From an uncultured Prolixibacteraceae bacterium (GTDB lineage Bacteria; Bacteroidota; Bacteroidia; Bacteroidales; Prolixibacteraceae), in assembly GCA_964461245.1 (NCBI GenBank), contig CAYWTT010000003.1:1-35170 (forward strand): 35,170 nt of DNA, given 5' to 3'. Made by a program: the position numbers and the translations under genes. Shown here one piece after another: positions 1 through 9,065 of this stretch. The notes under the pieces are model-generated. The model made no database searches. It saw only the letters and a list, made by a program, of their open reading frames with translations, and had not been told where the DNA came from. Position 1 is the first letter of the stretch, and each line of letters starts with the position of its first letter.

Positions 1-810
<810 letters not shown>

Positions 811-826
811 TTAATTTGTTGATTAA

Positions 827-1105
827 TTAAAGGATGTACAATACATCAGTCTGGGACATTAATAAATAGTCCGCTCCGTCAATGGTCAGACTGGTCCCTG
901 AATATTTTCCGTAAAACACGGTGTCACCGACTTTTACTTCCATCGGTTCCTTCTTCTTGGCTTCACCAACCAGTACAACCTTACCGATTTGTGGTTTTTC
1001 CTTTGCAGAGTCAGGAATTATAATTCCGCTTGCCGTCTTGGTTTCGGCTTCCTGTGGTAAAACCAGGATCTTTCCTGCAAGAATTTTACCTTTCAATTCT
1101 GTCAT
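827..1105 (-). CDS. groES: Co-chaperonin GroES
   Basis: 92 aa with KTASGIIIPDSAKEKPQ mobile loop and VKVGDTVFYGKYSG; adjacent to groEL. Confidence 0.98.
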   Translation of the reverse strand: MTELKGKILAGKILVLPQEAETKTASGIIIPDSAKEKPQIGKVVLVGEAKKKEPMEVKVGDTVFYGKYSGTSLTIDGADYLLMSQTDVLYIL

Positions 1106-1162
1106 CGTTTTGATTTTTTATAGTTAGACAATAAATTTTTTGAAAATTGACATTCCGGGATT

Positions 1163-1179
1163 AACACATACCATGCCAA
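1163..1179 (-). promoter_or_regulatory. Putative sigma54 (-24/-12) promoter of groESL
   Basis: Minus strand reads TTGGCATGGTATGTGTT: strong -24 box TTGGCA, 10-nt spacing, variant -12 (GT instead of GC), about 60 nt upstream of the groES ATG. Confidence 0.6.
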
Positions 1180-1208
1180 TTGAACTAACACCCATCTTGA
1201 TCCTCCCC

Positions 1209-1353
1209 TGAAAGACATTTTTTCACCTCTGCCTACTGTCCTATCGGGGTGTCATCACTCTATATTCATTGATTATCATTATATTAGAATAACTGACACC
1301 ACACCTGACAGAGTGACATATCCCAATTACCCTGAAAATCCTGTGACATGACA
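1209..1353. promoter_or_regulatory. TGACA/TGTCA repeat array (candidate enhancer) with AT-rich IHF-like spacer
   Basis: TGTCA at 1250; TGACA at 1294, 1306, 1314, 1344, 1349; AGACA-TTT-TTTCA at 1213. GGTGTCA (1248-1254) and TGACACC (1294-1300) form an inverted pair around an AT-rich tract. Confidence 0.55.
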
Positions 1354-1359
1354 GGTAAT

Positions 1360-1390
1360 AAAAAAAGCCACCCGGCATCCGGATGGCTTT
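1360..1390 (-). terminator. Intrinsic terminator after secG
   Basis: Minus strand AAAGCCATCCGG-ATG-CCGGGTGGCTTT followed by a T run; the stem is complete with one G-U pair. Confidence 0.85.
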
Positions 1391-1411
1391 CAGCTGTATA
1401 GGATATATCTC

Positions 1412-1744
1412 TTATTTAGTTGAATCGGTAGGGGCAGAAGTCGGAAAATTGGGAACCTGGTTGGGATCGGCCACATTCTGGATCTGTTCCTGAACCATGG
1501 AGCGATCTACACCTCCTTCATTCCGGGGGATAAAGGCTGAGCCCATAATGGACAACAATAACAAGGCAGCAGCCAGTCCCCAGGTGGTTTTCTCCAAAAA
1601 ATCGGCTGTCTTGCGGACACCCATAACCTGGGTGGATGCCTGAAAATTACTGGCCAGTCCGCCTCCTTTTGAATTCTGCACTAAAACGATCAGTACCAAC
1701 AGGACGCAGACAATGAATATAAGTACAATAATTAAAGTATACAT
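1412..1744 (-). CDS. secG: Preprotein translocase subunit SecG
   Basis: 110 aa, two TM helices, LVQNSKGGGLAS and FLEKTTW motifs. Confidence 0.95.
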   Translation of the reverse strand: MYTLIIVLIFIVCVLLVLIVLVQNSKGGGLASNFQASTQVMGVRKTADFLEKTTWGLAAALLLLSIMGSAFIPRNEGGVDRSMVQEQIQNVADPNQVPNFPTSAPTDSTK

Positions 1745-1754
1745 TTTCGATCAA

Positions 1755-2360
1755 TTAATAATTCATCTTTCTTCTAACTTCCTCAATGCGGGCTGCAAAG
1801 TAAATACTTTTTTCCGGAAATTTCAAACTTAATTTCTGAAATGATTCGAGAGCTTCCTTAAATTTAGACTGACTTACCAGCAGGTCGGCGAATTTTTCCG
1901 TCACGATGTCATCACTGAGGGCGGCCGCTTTCTCAGCCAGGTCAACACCCGGCTTAGCCTGTTCTCCGGGAGCGGGCACCTTAAACCGGGCTCCCTGGGC
2001 CAGAAAATCATCAATAAGGCCCGTATTTCCCGAGGCAGGAGTAAGATCGGACTGCAAATCACCTACCGGGTAATCGGCAATATCGATGAGATGGTCTTCA
2101 GCGCCCGGCCCGTATTTCCCGGCTGCCGCCTTATCTTCCAGAAAGCCTTTCAGCCATTTCCGGTCAGATATTCTTACGGACACCCGGCTCAGTTCAGCCT
2201 GGTACGCGGGGCTGCCGAGGTTCTTCAGGTTCTTCAGGTAGAGTGCCCAGCCCGGCTGGAACCAGGGATAATCCTGCACAATCTGCTCCAATACCGGTAA
2301 AGTTTCCGCTGAAAGCAGAGAGGGGCATTTCATGTATTTCAAAAATTCACTGCTGTTCAT
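1755..2360 (-). CDS. Conserved Bacteroidota hypothetical protein with TPR-like N- and C-terminal helices
   Basis: 201 aa; N-terminal LEQIVQDYPWFQ and C-terminal VTEKFADLLVSQ...LSLKFPEKSIYFAARIEE, resembling the family that lies between lptE and secG. Confidence 0.75.
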   Translation of the reverse strand: MNSSEFLKYMKCPSLLSAETLPVLEQIVQDYPWFQPGWALYLKNLKNLGSPAYQAELSRVSVRISDRKWLKGFLEDKAAAGKYGPGAEDHLIDIADYPVGDLQSDLTPASGNTGLIDDFLAQGARFKVPAPGEQAKPGVDLAEKAAALSDDIVTEKFADLLVSQSKFKEALESFQKLSLKFPEKSIYFAARIEEVRRKMNY

Positions 2361-2894
2361 TTACCAGTTTGCGATGGTTGCATTAAAAATATCTTCTATC
2401 AGTTTTTCAATGATCTCAGGCACGATGCTGCTTTCCACATCGTTCAGATTCATCGAACTGGAGAAATCTTCATATGCCGAAAAACTACGGTCAAAGTCCT
2501 GCTCATGATCTTTATTATTGGTATATTTCAGCCTGACTGTTATCGTCAGACGGTTTTGCGCAGCCATATCCTCTTTTTGTATGGCCATCGGCCGGACATC
2601 GTAATCGGTGATCTGCCCTTCAAAAATCAGATCCCCAGTCTCCTTCTCCTCTTTCAGGGAGGTCTGTTTCTGCATTTTCTCCTTCAGCTTTTCAGTAAAA
2701 TCATTGCTCAGGGTGGGATTGATCAGCCTTGCCCGGTTTGGAAAATACAACACGGAAAAGGTCTTCACGTCGGCCGAGATATTGGCCCCGGTAAAACTAT
2801 AGGATATCTTGCATGAATAAAATCCTGCGATGCAAAAAAAGACCAGTGCAACCGCAATTATGCCTCCGGAGAAAAAAATTGAATCTCTTTTCAT
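2361..2894 (-). CDS. lptE: LptE-family LPS assembly lipoprotein
   Basis: Lipoprotein signal ending FYSC, followed by YSFTGANIS, QNRLTITVRLKY and DIFNATIANW, as in Bacteroidota LptE. Confidence 0.8.
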   Translation of the reverse strand: MKRDSIFFSGGIIAVALVFFCIAGFYSCKISYSFTGANISADVKTFSVLYFPNRARLINPTLSNDFTEKLKEKMQKQTSLKEEKETGDLIFEGQITDYDVRPMAIQKEDMAAQNRLTITVRLKYTNNKDHEQDFDRSFSAYEDFSSSMNLNDVESSIVPEIIEKLIEDIFNATIANW

Positions 2895-4124
2895 TTACAT
2901 GTCATCAATGTGATATTCCTTGATCTTGCGATAAAGTGTACGTTCCGAGATTCCCAGCTCACGGGCTGCGAATTTCCGTTTGCCGTTGTGTTTTTCCAGT
3001 GCTTTGCGTATGAGTTCGATCTCTTTGTCTTCCAGGGAGAGCGATTCTTCCACGAATTCTTCCATATCCATGATATTGTCTTTGGCATATGGATCAATGT
3101 GGATCGGCTGCGGCTGCTTCTTTTCAGTCACTATTCCGGTGTCGTTCGGATAAAGCTTGTGAATGATTGGGGCATGTTCGGCAAGATCCTCCTCATCGCG
3201 GTCGTGCAACAGATCGAGAACCAACTTCTTCAAGTCGTTCATATCCTTTTTCATGTCAAACAACACTTGATAAAGAATCTCCCTTTCACTGGAAAATGTT
3301 TTCTCTTGGGGCTCCCGGAACAAGGCCGGCAGGTTTTCCCTGGTTTCCTGCGGAATATAGTTTTTCAATACCGCCGCACTAATATCCCTGTTCCTTTCGA
3401 TAATTGAAATCTGTTCCGTGACATTTTTAAGTTGTCTGACATTACCCGGCCAGTGGAAACCCGTAAGCAGCATTTTGGCATCCTCATCCAGTCTGATGGG
3501 AGGCATCCGGTATTTCTCCGCAAAATCGGACGCAAATTTTCTGAAAAGCAAATAAATATCTTCCTGACGGTGTCTCAGCGGCTGAATGATAATCGGCACG
3601 GTGTTAAGCCGGTAAAACAGATCTTCACGGAATTTCCCCGACTCAATGGCTGAAGGAAGGTTCAGATTGGTGGCAGCAATCACCCGCACGTTGGTTTTCA
3701 GCACTTTCGATGAACCCACTTTGATGAATTCGCCGGTTTCCAGCACCCGGAGGAGCCTGACCTGCGTGGAGAGAGGGAGTTCGCCGATTTCATCCAGAAA
3801 GATAGTGCCTCCGTCAGCCTCTTCGAAATATCCTTTCCGATCAGCCAGGGCTCCGGTGAATGAACCCTTTTCATGACCGAAAAGTTCCGAGTCGATGGTT
3901 CCTTCCGGAATAGCACCGCAGTTGACTGCAATGTATTTTCCGTGTTTCCGCAATGAATGCTGGTGTATGATCTGAGGAAATATCTCTTTCCCTGCTCCGC
4001 TCTCTCCGGTAATCAATACTGACAAATCAGTGGGAGCTACCTGAACGGCCACTTCAATGGCCCTGTTCAGGTCGGGTGAATTGCCGATGATCCCAAACCG
4101 CTGTTTTATTGCCTGTACATCCAT
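2895..4124 (-). CDS. Sigma54-dependent enhancer-binding protein (AAA+ plus Fis-type HTH) lacking an N-terminal sensor domain
   Basis: Walker A GESGAGKE, ELFGHEKGSFTGA (GAFTGA-loop variant), Walker B FLDEIGE, FREDLFYRL, WPGNVRQL, C-terminal AARELGISERTLYRKI. The AAA domain starts at about residue 10. Confidence 0.93.
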   Translation of the reverse strand: MDVQAIKQRFGIIGNSPDLNRAIEVAVQVAPTDLSVLITGESGAGKEIFPQIIHQHSLRKHGKYIAVNCGAIPEGTIDSELFGHEKGSFTGALADRKGYFEEADGGTIFLDEIGELPLSTQVRLLRVLETGEFIKVGSSKVLKTNVRVIAATNLNLPSAIESGKFREDLFYRLNTVPIIIQPLRHRQEDIYLLFRKFASDFAEKYRMPPIRLDEDAKMLLTGFHWPGNVRQLKNVTEQISIIERNRDISAAVLKNYIPQETRENLPALFREPQEKTFSSEREILYQVLFDMKKDMNDLKKLVLDLLHDRDEEDLAEHAPIIHKLYPNDTGIVTEKKQPQPIHIDPYAKDNIMDMEEFVEESLSLEDKEIELIRKALEKHNGKRKFAARELGISERTLYRKIKEYHIDDM

Positions 4125-4143
4125 GATTTTCAGTAAAAGACTG

Positions 4144-4151
4144 CAAATTTA
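4144..4151 (-). promoter_or_regulatory. Bacteroidota sigma70 -7 element for the activator-lptE-secG operon
   Basis: TAAATTTG matches TAnnTTTG, 20 nt upstream of the ATG at 4124. Confidence 0.6.
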
Positions 4152-4213
4152 CTATTTTTCATTCTTTATCCGCCTGCGCCGGGTTGAATTAACCTTTTTT
4201 GAGAGGGAAAACC

Positions 4214-4221
4214 TATCTTTG
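4214..4221 (+). promoter_or_regulatory. Bacteroidota sigma70 -7 element for kdsB
   Basis: TATCTTTG matches TAnnTTTG; divergent from the 4144 element. Confidence 0.6.
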
Positions 4222-4243
4222 CCATCAGCAAACATGATCAAAT

Positions 4244-4993
4244 ATGAAGTTCATAGGTATTATTCCCGCCCGTTTCCAGTCGACCCGTTTCCCTGGGAAA
4301 CCCCTTGCCCTGATACACGGCAAACCGATGATTCAATGGGTGACTGAACGGACCCGCAGCGTTCTGGAAGAAGTTTGGGTGGCAACCGACCACAATGGGA
4401 TCGCTCAGACAGTGGAAGCTTTCGGAGGTAAATTTGTGATGACCTCGTCTGAACACCGCAGCGGAACCGATCGTTGCGCAGAAGCAGCCAGGATCCTGTC
4501 AGAAAAAACAGATTTTGATGCGGTGATCAATGTCCAGGGCGATGAACCCTTTATTCAACCAGAACAGATCAGGGAACTTATAAATTGTTTCACTCCCGGC
4601 GTGGAAATTGCTACCCTGATCAGGGAGATTACCGACCCCACCGAACTGGAAAATCCGAACAAACCGAAGGTTGTCACCGGGATCAACGGGCAGGCACTCT
4701 ATTTCAGCCGATCGGTCGTGCCCTATCTCCGGGGTAAAGCACCTGCCGAATGGGTACAGCATCACACATACTGGGCTCATATCGGGATGTACGGATACCG
4801 GAAAGATATTTTACAGGAAATCACCCGCCTTCAGCCAGGAAAGCTCGAAACGGCTGAATCGCTGGAACAGTTGCGCTGGCTGGAAAACGGCTACAGGATT
4901 CAGACTGCAATCACCCGTTTTGAGAGTTTCGGCATCGATACACCTGAAGATTTAGACAAAGCCATGCAACTTTTTAAACCTATTTTCGTCTAA
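4244..4993 (+). CDS. kdsB: 3-deoxy-manno-octulosonate cytidylyltransferase (CMP-Kdo synthetase)
   Basis: IIPARFQSTRFPGKPL, SGTDR, INVQGDEP, LEQLRWLENG and IDTPEDL motifs. Confidence 0.97.
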   Translation: MKFIGIIPARFQSTRFPGKPLALIHGKPMIQWVTERTRSVLEEVWVATDHNGIAQTVEAFGGKFVMTSSEHRSGTDRCAEAARILSEKTDFDAVINVQGDEPFIQPEQIRELINCFTPGVEIATLIREITDPTELENPNKPKVVTGINGQALYFSRSVVPYLRGKAPAEWVQHHTYWAHIGMYGYRKDILQEITRLQPGKLETAESLEQLRWLENGYRIQTAITRFESFGIDTPEDLDKAMQLFKPIFV

Positions 4994-5039
4994 TGCATAA
5001 AGGCATTATTTTTGTAGTGATGATCGGAAAAGTGAATTT

Positions 5040-5414
5040 ATGAGAGGATTGCTGCTTCTGATGGTATGGATGATCCCTTTGATATCGCTTCAGGCACAGT
5101 CCGGGAACGGGGCAAAAGGTATCCTTCCGGTGACTTCCGGAAGCGAAGGGGCATTTAATTCTCAGGATATAAGAGTATTTCCCAATCCGGTACTCCAGAA
5201 GCGCTTTACTGTTGAAACAGCAGGCCGCACCATTCTGGAAATCCGCATTTCCAATATTGCCGGGATAATGGTGTATGATAAAAAATTCATGATTCCCGTA
5301 AGCCGGTTTGAGGCGATTATCGACCAGATACCCAGCGGAATCTATCTCCTGAGGATAAGCTGTGATAACCATACTTCCAAAACCATTAAACTGCTGATCA
5401 GTTCCCCACGTTAA
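5040..5414 (+). CDS. Small protein consisting of a signal peptide and a T9SS type A sorting domain only
   Basis: Signal peptide MRGLLLLMVWMIPLISLQA, then IRVFPNPV...ISNIAG...PSGIYLLRI...KTIKLLI, the T9SS CTD pattern. TATTTTTG -7 element at 5007-5014. Confidence 0.8.
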   Translation: MRGLLLLMVWMIPLISLQAQSGNGAKGILPVTSGSEGAFNSQDIRVFPNPVLQKRFTVETAGRTILEIRISNIAGIMVYDKKFMIPVSRFEAIIDQIPSGIYLLRISCDNHTSKTIKLLISSPR

Positions 5415-5462
5415 TCCGTCTGAAGGTCTCCCGAAATCCCGGCATTCTGCCTCCGGGGTGTT

Positions 5463-7001
5463 CTATCTCCTTTTCAGTCCCAGTACTCCCAGCAGCCCGC
5501 GTGTTACTTCCCTCGCCACAGTACGGGTAACAGGACTTTTCATGATTCTTTCGAAAGTGGTCACTTCACGGCGGCTGCTTCCGACAGGACGGGAGGTGTA
5601 TCTCGACCGCTCCAAGCTCTCTTTTTGCCTTCTTTCAAATTCCTCCTGTTCTGCCATTCTGTCCGACAGAATTTCATACGCACTTTCGCGGTCTATATCC
5701 TGGTTGTATTTGGAAACCAGTTCCGACTTACGGACCAGATCATGGATTTCAGCATCTGTCAGCACATCCATCCTCGAAAAGGGAGGTCTCATCATGACAT
5801 GGACCAACTCGGTAGGCATCCCCTTTTCATTCAGCGCAGTAACCATTGCTTCCCCGGTTCCCATCTGGGTTATCAGTTCATTCGCCACATAAAACGTGGA
5901 AAGAGGATAGTTCTCGGCTGCGAGCTTAATGGCTTTGCGGTCTTTGGCCGTGAATGCCCGCAGAGCATGCTGGATTTTCAGTCCCAACTGCCCCAGCACT
6001 TCAGCCGGAATATCATCGGGGGACTGGGTCACCAGAATGATACCCACCCCCTTTGAACGGATCAGTTTTATGGTCATTTCAAACTGATCAAGGAGGATCT
6101 TTGTAGCATTCCGGAATATGAGGTGGGCTTCATCCATAAAGATCACAAGTTCAGGTTTTTCGATATCGCCCCGTTCAGGCATCTTTTGGAAAATTTCAGC
6201 CAGCAGGCAAAGCATGAAAGTGCTGAATATAGCCGTATTACTCTGTATATCAGTCACACGCAGGATATTGACTATCCCGTTGCCTTCGCTGTCGGTACGC
6301 ATCAAATCAAATATGTCAAAGGAGGGTTCCCCGAAAAAACGGCCTGCTCCCTGTTGCTCCAGACTGGTAATGCTGCGCATGATGGTACCAGCCGACGCAG
6401 TCTGGAAAAACCCGTAATCTTTCTGAAATTCCTCCTTCCCGTCTTCCTGGATATATTTCAGTACTGTTTTTAAATCTTCAATATCAAGCAGCGGGAGGTT
6501 TTTATCATCACAATATTTGAAAACCATGGAGAGAATCCCAGTCTGGTTTTCATTCAGATCAAGGATTTTTCCCAGGAGCACAGGACCAAACTCTGAGACG
6601 GTGGCTTTCAGCCTGACCCCGGGTTCATCTGAAATGGTCATTAATTCGGAAGGGAAACCGGTAGGTTCCCATTCCATCCCGATGATTTTGGAGCGTTTTT
6701 CCACTACGGGATTTATGGTCCCGGGGGCAGCAATCCCGCTGAGATCCCCTTTTATATCCATCAGAAGAACCGGAACCCCGCATTTTGAGAGACTCTCCGC
6801 AATAACCTGGAGGGATTTGGTTTTTCCAGTGCCCGTGGCACCGGCGATTAATCCGTGACGGTTCATGGTTTTCAAAGGAACCCTGATCTGACAACCTGTT
6901 TCCTGATCATTCCCCAAAATAGCTGACCCGATTAATATCGATTCACCTTTAAAGGCATAGCTGCTTTGCACCGCGGCGACGAACTTCTCTCTTATTTCCA
7001 T
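5463..7001 (-). CDS. DUF853 (YjgR-like) HerA/FtsK-superfamily P-loop ATPase
   Basis: NRHGLIAGATGTGKT Walker A, DIKGDLSG, FMDEAH Walker B, IRSKGVG, QHALRAFT. TAATTTTG -7 element at 7030-7037. Confidence 0.88.
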   Translation of the reverse strand: MEIREKFVAAVQSSYAFKGESILIGSAILGNDQETGCQIRVPLKTMNRHGLIAGATGTGKTKSLQVIAESLSKCGVPVLLMDIKGDLSGIAAPGTINPVVEKRSKIIGMEWEPTGFPSELMTISDEPGVRLKATVSEFGPVLLGKILDLNENQTGILSMVFKYCDDKNLPLLDIEDLKTVLKYIQEDGKEEFQKDYGFFQTASAGTIMRSITSLEQQGAGRFFGEPSFDIFDLMRTDSEGNGIVNILRVTDIQSNTAIFSTFMLCLLAEIFQKMPERGDIEKPELVIFMDEAHLIFRNATKILLDQFEMTIKLIRSKGVGIILVTQSPDDIPAEVLGQLGLKIQHALRAFTAKDRKAIKLAAENYPLSTFYVANELITQMGTGEAMVTALNEKGMPTELVHVMMRPPFSRMDVLTDAEIHDLVRKSELVSKYNQDIDRESAYEILSDRMAEQEEFERRQKESLERSRYTSRPVGSSRREVTTFERIMKSPVTRTVAREVTRGLLGVLGLKRR

Positions 7002-7121
7002 ATATTTAAAGCATTACAGTTGCGTTGTACAAAATTAACCATTTATGCCAATTTTCGGTATTAAGTATAATATTCGGTGCAAAATAAGCAGGACGAAAGA
7101 AAAAACCGGGTAACTACCGTT

Positions 7122-8841
7122 TCATATCATGAACTCATGTACACTGCTTCCTGATTCACCTTTTATCTGCATCAGGATCAATCCCTGTTTCATCCCGGCC
7201 AGAGGAATATCAATCCTGCTATCTTTCCTTTCACCAGTAGAAAAAGCAATCTCCCGCACACATCATAAATCCGCACATCCTTCCGGCTGATAGCCAGTTC
7301 ACTCCATTGAATCCGTATCCACTGAGCGGATTTAAAGATTTTCACCTGGTTTTCAGATGATGGGGCCGGTACCATGCAGGAGGAGGTATTGGCCGAAAGA
7401 TCAGGCATTTCATCGAGTGTCACCACGAAATCGCTGTGGAGAATTTTGTTCCAGTCGGACATGGAGTTGTGTTTGTCGAGTTTGGTATGATCTCCGTACC
7501 AGGGCATAAAATAGGACCAAAAAGCTCCGTCCGACTCCATCAGTTCAGGATATGGAATGGAACCGCATTCACTGAGGGTAATCAGCTTTCTTCCGTTGAA
7601 AATCTCCTTTACGCGGTTGAAAGAGATAACCTGGGATCCGTGCTGATATTCACCCGGATAAATATCCATGCCTACCACGTCCACATAGGGATCACCCGGA
7701 TACCACTCCTTCGCCTTGCTTTCATTGGTAGTAGTCCAGACCCAGATCAGGTTATTGAGGTGATGGGTGTTGGTTAACCGGTCAAACATAAGCCGCCACA
7801 GTTTGATACAGGGAGCCGCTCCTTTGGTCCCTCACCGGAACCAACCACCGGCAGCCTCGTGAAGAGTTCGCCAGAGGACCGCCACTCCCGAGTCCTGCAA
7901 TTCTTTCAGATACCCGGCCACAAAGTCCATATCCCGGATAAGGACTTTGTAATTCCCTGCATCGGTATTGTCCACCACACTGATGTCAAAAGAAGTACTT
8001 TTGGTATAGAAGGCATCGGTAGCATAAGACGGGTCCCTCCATTGCCAGCACAATGCCACTATCCCTTTTCTACCCCAACAGTGTATGGCGTTGCTGACCA
8101 GATCGGGATTGTTTTTATATTTTGAGGAATTCACCCCCGTGTGATCCATGAAATCTAGCCCCAGCAAGGCAGGTTCTTTGCCTGTTCCCGACATCAGATA
8201 GGTAATCTCGTTTGAAGGTTTCGCCAGCGGCTTCAGCGTCATGACACCCAAAATGGTCTTTTTCAGAGAATTGTCCTTCAAAAACGTATATAAATTTCTT
8301 GCAGCCTGTCCGGCAGAGCCGTTTACGGGAGATGAACCGATGGAAAATCTGATTGAAGTGCCATCCGCCTTTTTAAACCTGATGTTGTCAATATGAAACC
8401 AGGTCAAGTTGGGGGTAATGATCACCGGGATATTACCTGCCATAAGGTTCAGTGTGCCAAATTTCACCTCATTGAATTTCCTGTTCCCCTTCAACAATTC
8501 CAGGGAACTTTTAATCCCGCTTACCTCCCCATGGATGGTTTTGTCCCGTATTCAGCACAATAACCCACATAAATATCATAACTGCCTTCAGCGGTAATCT
8601 CTGCAGAAAGGGTTAGCTTATCGGCGCTGTTTTCAAAGCGGGAGACATATCCTGTTCCTGAATAACCGGAAAGGCTTCTGGCTACCGCCAGAAATCCCAA
8701 TAGAATTCCGTTTTCAGCTTCTGCTTTTATCTCCTACGCATCAGAAAACAAGGTTACTGAAACCAGAAATATCAGCAGACCGGATATCCGCAATCCTGTG
8801 GATATATGATCCCGTGAACAGGGTGCTCCTTTAGCTGTCAT
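7122..8841 (-). pseudogene. Degraded secreted beta-mannanase (signal peptide - CBM35-like - GH26 - T9SS CTD)
   Basis: From ATG at 8841: signal peptide, in-frame TAG at 8734-8736, then EAENG...SGYSGTGYV (CBM35-like). Frameshift near 8545 into ORF 7832-8497 (GLDFMD, WRTLHEAAGGWF). In-frame TGA at 7832-7834 where FWWG is expected. ORF 7190-7789 carries NNLIWVWT, WYPGD..VD.VGMDIY, LSECG, FMPWYG. The CTD is frameshifted near 7240 and 7180. Confidence 0.88.
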
Positions 8842-9065
8842 GACTCTTTTTGTTTGAGTTACAATTATAAAGATAATACATTTTGGATTCCTCTTCGCCA
8901 AGAGGTTCATGCCAACTTCTGATTTCTTTTATTCTAAACCATTATCGCCGGGTAAAATGCAAAATCATGTGAAAAGATTCATCTTTTCTCCGCCGGCGGA
9001 TGCGCTCAGGACGACAACGGCTTAGCTTTTTAAAGCCAATCTCTTTTCCACAGCTCTCCGGATTC

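Noticed and set aside
5463-7001. HerA-type anti-phage defence system
   Set aside because: The DUF853 ATPase has no adjacent nuclease or Sir2 partner and sits in a housekeeping context.
7190-8497. Two separate intact genes, or programmed stop-codon readthrough (TGA/TAG recoding)
   Set aside because: They are fragments of one GH26 gene. Additional frameshifts and motif erosion indicate decay, and other genes here use TGA and TAG as normal stops.
8899-8915. TTGGCATGAACCTCTT as a sigma54 promoter for the mannanase; similar TTGGCATAAATGGTTA near 7036-7051
   Set aside because: The -24 box is present but there is no G at the -12 position; the 7030 region is better explained by a TAATTTTG element.
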